Notes under the pieces: model-generated | Told to the model about the DNA's origin: nothing | The model's database searches: none | Seen by the model: the letters and a program-made list of their open reading frames with translations, nothing else | Shown: positions 58,401-64,000 of the stretch, one piece after another | Layout: the number at the start of each line of letters is the position of its first letter | How positions within the stretch are numbered: the stretch's first letter is position 1 | Position numbers and translations under genes: made by a program | DNA from: Bacteroidia bacterium | Lineage (GTDB): Bacteria; Bacteroidota; Bacteroidia; JABEUT01 | DNA: 64,000 nt | Assembly: GCA_052325425.1 (NCBI GenBank) | Contig: JBKQUY010000034.1 | Location: 25-64,024, forward strand | Reading direction: 5' to 3'

Positions 58401-61400
58401 TTGCCAGTTTTGCATTTTCAAGTTTTGTAAGCACAATATCCATTTGGTTATTGGTGGGCCAGACTGTTGCCTGGTCATTCGCGTTGTTTGTGTTGTAGCT
58501 GCCCGGTGGAGTTACCTGCAATGGAATTTCATATTCGTAATAGTTCTGTGTAAAATCGCTTCCTATCCGGATAAATGCCGTAACATCGCCGGTCTTTAAG
58601 GGGTGAGCAGGGTCAGCCGATTCGCAGTGAATAAACATTTGCATGTCCTTATAAGCCCGCAAATCAAGTTGTACATTTTTATATACCCCGCGCGCGTCTC
58701 CGCTCTGCAACTCGCAAACCTGTAAGGCAAGCGAGCCTTCGTTTTCCTGCACCAGGTTGGCAGACTGCAGGTTCAACTGTCTTTGTATGCCCGGCGGAAT
58801 TACATAGCTGACAGGGGTACGATCTGCATTTTCTTCAAGGTTAACCCCATACATGTTAAAGGCTGTAAGGTTATAATCATTGGGAATATACCCCCCCGGT
58901 GAAAGCAGTGTGCCGGTATATTTGCGCCAGTCATCCCTCACCAGTTCGAGTTTAGCAAAGCGGCAGATAACCGGCCTGTCGAATCCTTTAAAATACATGC
59001 GGATAAAACGGATAGAAGTAAAATCAGCTATAGGGCCTATTTTTCGGATATATTCTGAAATGGGAATTTTAAACTGGTACCACCAAACCCCCGCTTTCTG
59101 GCCTGCGGGAGTAGAAACCGATGGCCCCTGGACAGCATCGGTCATAAAGTTATTTCCGCTGTTACTGGGGCTAATATCTTTGGGGTCAAATTTTATTGCA
59201 TATTCATAATACGTTTCATCTGTACTCAAGGTATTATCCTGGTTAATATCTTCGGTATTGGGTAAAGAGCTTTCAGTGGTAGGATAATTGCCTCCAACAG
59301 GGTTCTGACTTCCATACTGAGCCTCTGTAGCGGAATTGCCTTCCAATCCATTATAGTGCATATAGCGGTTTAGCACAGTAACATTGGCTTTATCATAGTC
59401 ATCTCCACGGTAATAATGGTAATCATCATTTGAAGGGTCCCTGTTTGCCTGGGCATAAGCGCTATCGGATGGTGAATAATTTTTATCTACTCCATTGATA
59501 AAAGAACTGAAAAATTGTTGCTCCTGGGCATCTGATAAACCATCCAGCCCAACATCCTGGTATGGGCGCGAGGCAGTATTATTATCAAATGCATCTACTA
59601 ATGAAGGATTCACCGGAATATGCCCCCAATGTGTCTGGGTCCAGGGATTATTTATATTACTGGGGTTTTGCTGGTCAGCCTGGTCTGTAGGCAATCCATT
59701 TTCAAAGCTTTTCAATCCATCGGGCAATACATCTTCAGATACATCACCCAAATCGAAATATAAAGTTCCGGTCGAATTAGGCCCTTGAAGGTTGCCATTG
59801 GTTTGTGTTGCGGCAACAGATGGTGAAGAATTATCTGAATTATAAGGGTCCATCATCCAGAATTCAATGAACCCGATATTGTTGGCTTCAAAATTGGTAT
59901 TCTGTATGGGCATTTGTATTCCGCCCCACCTCGATGTTGAATCTCTAAGTGTTCCATCGGCATTCATACCTGCTGAAACTTTTTTACCCTGTGAATTTGT
60001 GGCGCCATTATAATCATAATTATATGGCCCTTTCAGGCTTGGATAATAGGCAACATTGAGCACGGGCAGGTTTAGGGGAGTACCTGTAGGCGATTGTTCG
60101 TTAGGGAAAACCTCTGTTTGCAGAACCATCCGGTTAAAATTGCATGACATATCAGCAGTGCTCTCACTCGAAGGCGTGAGGCCGCTGGTTTGTTGCTGGA
60201 AAAGCGGGTCAACTACATACCACGCAACTTTTGCCCTGTTATATCCTGAAGCTGTGCTGGCCGTATCAATGGGAGAAGCTTCCGGGAAAGCGGTGGGTTG
60301 CCCTTGCGGAATACTTGCGAGAGACCATCCATAAGGCGGGGAGATGTCAATAAAACTTTCGCAATTATCAAAATTATCTATGTATGCATTTCCTGTTGTT
60401 CCAATGTATTTGGGGTGCCCCGGTATCATGGCGGCAACCTCGGTGCTGGAAGTAATTTCAGAAGGCGCTTTTGTCCTTATAAACGGTAAGTGGTCCACCA
60501 AATCGGTAATTAACGGTGCCTGGGTTTTGAAATCTTCGTTTAAGCCCACCATAGTATTGGAAACAGGTTCCTGGCCAATGCTGACAATTTGCGTAAGCGG
60601 GTGCTCAGTATAATTAACGACCGTGGCGCCGAGGTTAAAATCTTTCGATACCATGTAATCGAAATGCTGGCCAAAATATGTTTTAGATTGAATGCTGAAC
60701 AGGGCATTATTTTCTAATGATACCTGGATGGCAGTACCCGAACTCAATAATCCCTGGTTAAGTATTTTCACCCTTCCCAAAGTGTAATCAACGGTGTAGT
60801 CAACATTTTCTGTAAGTTTTATGCCACCTGCCGTAACCAATACCGAACCCGGCGGAATGTTCATTGCCCCCAAAGAAATATCTGAGCTTACCGAAGACTG
60901 GAATGAACCCCGTATCCAATACCTGTCAAGGTTTGCCTGTTGCTGAGCCGCGACGAGCACGGAATCATATAATGACTGGAATAAATAAGGCTGTTGCTCC
61001 GCGGTGGTATAACCGGCTGCGGTAAGTTTGTTCTGAAGGTATGAGCCGAAAGGTTCAACACTTGGAAAAATGACAAGGCCATTTGCCGGGTCTATAGTTA
61101 GCCCGGGTAAAAAATCAAACATACCATCGGGAACCTTATCGCCTTCGGCATCTAACTTGTCAAGCCCCATTACACCAAGTAAGAGGTCGCCTTTCAATGA
61201 GCCGGTTGGCAGGTAAGGAATATCAACACCTGTGGCAGGATTGGAAAACCATACCAAAAGCATAAAGTTTTGCGAGTTTATCTGGTAGGAGCCGAGAGCG
61301 TAGATATTTTTCATCATCAACTGCCACATAGGCACGGCAGGAGTAACATCGGTGCTTTTTAACATTTTTACAACAAGTTCATTTGTGGTAGGTACTCCGT

Positions 61401-62889
61401 CAGTCGAAAACTGGCCTACCTGGTAAACTGCCCCATTGTATGTATATTGATAAGCTACGCCAAGTACCTGGGCATTGTTTAAAGGTTGTTTTAACGAAAT
61501 ATAACCCAACTTGGCGTTCAGCGTATATTCCGAAGGCGATAGCATTCTTGCCAAATCAACTTTTTCATAATCGGTTACCTGTGTTAACCCTGCGCCTGTG
61601 AGCCCGGATATTGCGGTTATAGGGTTATTTATCTGGGGATGGCGTGCCTCAATATAGGGTGGATTATCGCTATTCAATGTATTAGAGGGCGGATAAACTG
61701 TGGAATTGTTATAAGGGCTAATCATTGATACTGATTTATCTGTAAGGTATTTATCGCTTTCACCAAGGTCTGAAAGGGCAATAATATCGCGTGTGTTTTG
61801 GGTCGCGCTGGAAACATTGGTAACCCAAACCTCGATTTTGGTAATAGTTACACCCGAATTTATGATAGGAGGGTTTGAGAGGGCATTGTCATACTGGTCT
61901 CTGAAAAAATGCGAAAGAAAATAGTGCTGGTTGGCCATGTATTGGTCGCACTTTACATTAAAATTAGTTGTCTGAGCGCCATTCTGTACGGTAATGGTTT
62001 TTTTATTTCCCTGTTCCTGGGCATAAACAGTCGTCGATGTCAACCTGCCCCATTGCGTTTTTAGTTTTATACCGAATAAGCTTTGGCTGCCTGTTATCAG
62101 TGTTCCGGGAAGGTTAAACGTTATATTACCCGCGTCAATTTCCTTAATAATATCGTCTTCGTGGCCGTTGAAGTTTAGTTTCATCTGGTTTTGGAAACTG
62201 AATGTGGCCTTGGTGTTATAGGAAGTGGATAACTTAAGCTTGTCGCCTATTTCACCTGTTACGTTCAATTGTATATTCTCGTCAAAGTTGAAGGTGGTTA
62301 AACTCCTCTGTAATACCGGTAAAGCAGGGTTCTCCATCTTTGAATTATTAAATCCGAAGATAAGCTCTGCCGACCCTTGAGGTTTGATATTTACATAAGG
62401 GCTGCCAAAAATGTCGGTAAACAATTTTCCACCAATTTTAATCGGGGGTATGAGTTGTTTTTTCTGTTCCTTGGCCGTTGTTTGTACTTTTTTCTGAAAA
62501 TAGCTTTTCTCGCTTTTATGGTTCATGTAATCCATAAACTGGTCTGAGTCCATTTCAGTGGGGATGCGGTAGTCAAGGCTACCAATCTTTTGGTAAATTT
62601 CATATTTGCCTGTCTGGGGATTATATATTATTTCGGTTTTCAGGTTTGAGGGATTCGAAAGCATAAGCCCTCCATCGGGTACCCAAAGCGGCATGCCGTT
62701 ACCTGACTGGTCAGTAAAATCGAAAGGTAATATTATGGGTTCATTGGAAGTCTGAGGAGGTGTATCTACCGGCAGTGTAATGCAAAAACCAGACAATAAA
62801 GACGTTTCGCTCTTTGCCCATAATGGATTAAAATGGAGCAAAAGCATTAATGCTGCTGCAATAGGCAGATATTTTCTATAAAAGGTCAA
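55414..62889 (-). CDS. sprA: SprA-like T9SS outer-membrane translocon (cell surface protein SprA/Sov)
   Basis: 2491 aa with a signal peptide and beta-rich, aromatic-rich composition throughout. The size fits the SprA family. It sits immediately downstream of ruvA on the same strand, a common Bacteroidota ruvA-sprA arrangement. Confidence 0.75.
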   Translation of the reverse strand: MTFYRKYLPIAAALMLLLHFNPLWAKSETSLLSGFCITLPVDTPPQTSNEPIILPFDFTDQSGNGMPLWVPDGGLMLSNPSNLKTEIIYNPQTGKYEIYQKIGSLDYRIPTEMDSDQFMDYMNHKSEKSYFQKKVQTTAKEQKKQLIPPIKIGGKLFTDIFGSPYVNIKPQGSAELIFGFNNSKMENPALPVLQRSLTTFNFDENIQLNVTGEIGDKLKLSTSYNTKATFSFQNQMKLNFNGHEDDIIKEIDAGNITFNLPGTLITGSQSLFGIKLKTQWGRLTSTTVYAQEQGNKKTITVQNGAQTTNFNVKCDQYMANQHYFLSHFFRDQYDNALSNPPIINSGVTITKIEVWVTNVSSATQNTRDIIALSDLGESDKYLTDKSVSMISPYNNSTVYPPSNTLNSDNPPYIEARHPQINNPITAISGLTGAGLTQVTDYEKVDLARMLSPSEYTLNAKLGYISLKQPLNNAQVLGVAYQYTYNGAVYQVGQFSTDGVPTTNELVVKMLKSTDVTPAVPMWQLMMKNIYALGSYQINSQNFMLLVWFSNPATGVDIPYLPTGSLKGDLLLGVMGLDKLDAEGDKVPDGMFDFLPGLTIDPANGLVIFPSVEPFGSYLQNKLTAAGYTTAEQQPYLFQSLYDSVLVAAQQQANLDRYWIRGSFQSSVSSDISLGAMNIPPGSVLVTAGGIKLTENVDYTVDYTLGRVKILNQGLLSSGTAIQVSLENNALFSIQSKTYFGQHFDYMVSKDFNLGATVVNYTEHPLTQIVSIGQEPVSNTMVGLNEDFKTQAPLITDLVDHLPFIRTKAPSEITSSTEVAAMIPGHPKYIGTTGNAYIDNFDNCESFIDISPPYGWSLASIPQGQPTAFPEASPIDTASTASGYNRAKVAWYVVDPLFQQQTSGLTPSSESTADMSCNFNRMVLQTEVFPNEQSPTGTPLNLPVLNVAYYPSLKGPYNYDYNGATNSQGKKVSAGMNADGTLRDSTSRWGGIQMPIQNTNFEANNIGFIEFWMMDPYNSDNSSPSVAATQTNGNLQGPNSTGTLYFDLGDVSEDVLPDGLKSFENGLPTDQADQQNPSNINNPWTQTHWGHIPVNPSLVDAFDNNTASRPYQDVGLDGLSDAQEQQFFSSFINGVDKNYSPSDSAYAQANRDPSNDDYHYYRGDDYDKANVTVLNRYMHYNGLEGNSATEAQYGSQNPVGGNYPTTESSLPNTEDINQDNTLSTDETYYEYAIKFDPKDISPSNSGNNFMTDAVQGPSVSTPAGQKAGVWWYQFKIPISEYIRKIGPIADFTSIRFIRMYFKGFDRPVICRFAKLELVRDDWRKYTGTLLSPGGYIPNDYNLTAFNMYGVNLEENADRTPVSYVIPPGIQRQLNLQSANLVQENEGSLALQVCELQSGDARGVYKNVQLDLRAYKDMQMFIHCESADPAHPLKTGDVTAFIRIGSDFTQNYYEYEIPLQVTPPGSYNTNNANDQATVWPTNNQMDIVLTKLENAKLARDAAAGGNPSAIALEIPYTVKDGDNNITVVGDPTISNVQVLMLGVRNPKRTSANATTNNGLPKCTEVWFDELRMTNFSEKGGVAAITRESAKLADWGTLSIAGNISTPGFGSLETNVGNLSRETDLGYTLATNLEMGKLLPPNWNLSIPTYLSYGQQYVIPEYNPLDPDILLTQSLATMSKESGDSLKKIVESVTTQKSMNFTNVHVNKGKNKKKSHFYDIQNFSATYAYTEQDHQDINTQHSITQTYKGALTYTYSFHPKAIQPLIKSEFFKKSKYLALIRDFNFYPMIDKLSISANINRGYNDFLMRVNIPDVVVNLPDDVGKTFNVTRNYNFTFPITKSLKFEYTATNDSRVMEPEGLPITTQQQRDSVRQDFFTHQINTDYKQVVNLSYDIPINKIPFLDFVTANARYTGNYDWMHAPFADEDLGATIQNSNTKQINGQLNMAMLYNKVAFFKKFLQDNKNNGTYPGRNPPGRGGLLNKNQKPKTQHGLDSLKHIEDSLKFMHDTSKTTAFYVEKWFAHLVTSVKNISFTYSQTQGMVLPGYTDFSDVLGMNPSHDWDPGPLFVFGGGQQTVRYPFKIGPGQYANVQVPEFISQALQNHWIDTTSTFYTPFTTVYTQTFSAHASLEPVPDLKIDITATHTQSQSTSEYLHDSIGANNVHYPSLSGFTESGNFSMSFLMLGTIFEGNSAGDTRLFYAYLNDRTIISQRLGTASGSQSKGPVPNSNRDSVFYDGYSKYSQSVVIPAFLAAYSGRSATNISLSPFPAIPFPNWTIAYSGLPKIIPWVKANTQSVTISSAYTSSYSVGGYNYNLLYNPYGAWARDINGDFIPADQIPTVALTEQFSPLIKIGVTLKSNIMSNLEIRTDRQIALNMSDLSINEVHGQEYIAGLGYKIKNVQLPIKIGNKPLKNDITIKVDLSYRLNETILRSTDNLSDQITGGQDIISLKSQAEYNINSRVTFRIYFDKIINTPQISSSYPTSTMDGGFAIRFTLS

Positions 62890-62989
62890 CAGACTCTTAT
62901 TTTATACAAATAAAGAGTAAAGATGCTGCATCAATAAGTTGGTTTACGTTAATAATCACTTAATAGTCAATTTAAAAAGGGGAACGAAT

Positions 62990-63577
62990 TTAAATTTTTT
63001 TCAGCACTCTTTTAACAAGGTCCTCAAGGGAAAGTGAATTCCCCTCGTCGCGCATGGTATTTTCAATGGCTTTTTCAGCGACATTTCTTGCATAACCAAG
63101 TACTTCCAGTGCATTTAACGCTTCCTGTTTCAGTTTATTGTGGGGACCAATGATGCCCGGGGCAATGCCGAAGCTTTCTTTGCCCATTTTATTGCGCAAA
63201 TCCACTATAATGCGCTGGGCCGATTTTTCCCCTATACCTTTAATGGATTTGAGTTTGCTTACATCGCCATTTACTATTGCCTGCTGTATTTCGGGCGGGG
63301 AAAGAGAAGATAACATCATACGGGCCGTAACTTCTCCCACGCCTGAAACACTTATCAGGTCGCGAAACATTTGACGTTCATTCACATCGGCAAAGCCAAA
63401 TAATACATGGGCATCTTCCTTTACACTTAAATGAGCATATAATTTACATTTCCCGCTTTCGGGTAATTTACCGTAAGTGTTCAGCGAGATATTTAACAGG
63501 TAACCAATACCGTTACAGTCAATAACTGCATAGGCTGGGTTCTTTTCTGTTAATGTTCCTTCAAAATATGCGTACAT
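62990..63577 (-). CDS. ruvA: Holliday junction branch-migration complex subunit RuvA
   Basis: 195 aa. OB-fold N-terminus (MYAYFEGTL...IDCNGIGY), two HhH motifs (GIGEKSAQRI) and a C-terminal domain III. Confidence 0.95.
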   Translation of the reverse strand: MYAYFEGTLTEKNPAYAVIDCNGIGYLLNISLNTYGKLPESGKCKLYAHLSVKEDAHVLFGFADVNERQMFRDLISVSGVGEVTARMMLSSLSPPEIQQAIVNGDVSKLKSIKGIGEKSAQRIIVDLRNKMGKESFGIAPGIIGPHNKLKQEALNALEVLGYARNVAEKAIENTMRDEGNSLSLEDLVKRVLKKI

Positions 63578-63621
63578 ATAGGCAGTTAAGCATTTACCAA
63601 TAAGGTATAAATATAGGGTTT

Positions 63622-64000
63622 TTATTTACTCCTCACCTGGGCATCAACTACGGCAATGGTTACCATATTTACAATTTCCCTTACCGAACAGCCCAATTGC
63701 AATATGTGTACAGGTTTTTTCATGCCTAATAGTACCGGGCCAATGGCCTCAAGGCCACCCAGTTCCTGCATAAGTTTATAGGCTATATTCCCTGCAACAA
63801 GGTTAGGGAAAATAAGCGTATTTACATTTTTATTTACCAGGTCTGAAAAGGGGAATTGTTCCTTGAGAAGTTCATTATTAAGAGCAAAATTTGCCTGTAT
63901 ATCTCCGTCCACTATCATACCCGGGTATTTTTGATGCAGTATAGAAACCGCTTTGGCAACCTTGTCGGGTATTTCTCCCTTTACTGAACCAAAATTGGAA
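63622..64000 (-). CDS. C-terminal part of a phosphate acetyl/butyryl-transferase-fold protein (Pta, or the PTA-like domain of NADP-malic enzyme). The gene continues beyond the window edge.
   Basis: The frame is open to position 64000: ...SNFGSVKGEIPDKVAKAVSILHQKYPGMIVDGDIQANFALN...GPVLLGMKKPVHILQLGCSVREIVNMVTIAVVDAQ. This matches the PTA C-terminal blocks (MIDGPLQ.DAA....GP.LQG...PVNDLSRG....IVN..A...). Confidence 0.6.
   Translation of the reverse strand, partial: SNFGSVKGEIPDKVAKAVSILHQKYPGMIVDGDIQANFALNNELLKEQFPFSDLVNKNVNTLIFPNLVAGNIAYKLMQELGGLEAIGPVLLGMKKPVHILQLGCSVREIVNMVTIAVVDAQVRSK

Overview
This 64-kb window looks like chromosomal DNA from a member of the Bacteroidota. The evidence is three T9SS-type C-terminal sorting domains, a SprA-sized translocon gene next to ruvA, a giant SprB-repeat adhesin, and TAnnTTTG-type -7 promoter elements. 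Most of the window is housekeeping: the mreB-mreC-mreD-mrdA-rodA cell-shape operon, purH, pckA, an M32 carboxypeptidase, radA, rnpA-yidD, an S41 C-terminal protease, recJ, ppsA, lysS, lipB, tatA and ruvA. Accessory or unusual content: (i) at the left edge, an orphan SiaB-like (GHKL kinase) and SiaC-like (DUF1987) partner-switch pair; (ii) a small AT-rich islet of about 3 kb, bounded on its right by a single-ORF IS1-family transposase. It carries a translationally coupled three-gene cassette: a ClpP-fold SDH-type serine protease, a small unknown protein and a retropepsin-like aspartic protease. That cassette is convergent with, and overlaps the 3' end of, a tiny very basic protein. This is my best candidate for an undescribed system; (iii) an imperfect 28-bp inverted-repeat element with three hairpins between pckA and rodA; (iv) a frameshifted small gene and a tRNA-Ser(TGA) immediately next to two tandemly duplicated lipoprotein M13 (PepO/neprilysin-like) peptidases; (v) a 600-bp gene-free stretch with hairpins and four CACAGAG direct repeats; (vi) a 3236-aa T9SS type-B secreted adhesin made of about 30 near-identical SprB repeats, directly downstream of a 2491-aa SprA-like translocon gene. 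No CRISPR array, rRNA or prophage structural genes were seen.
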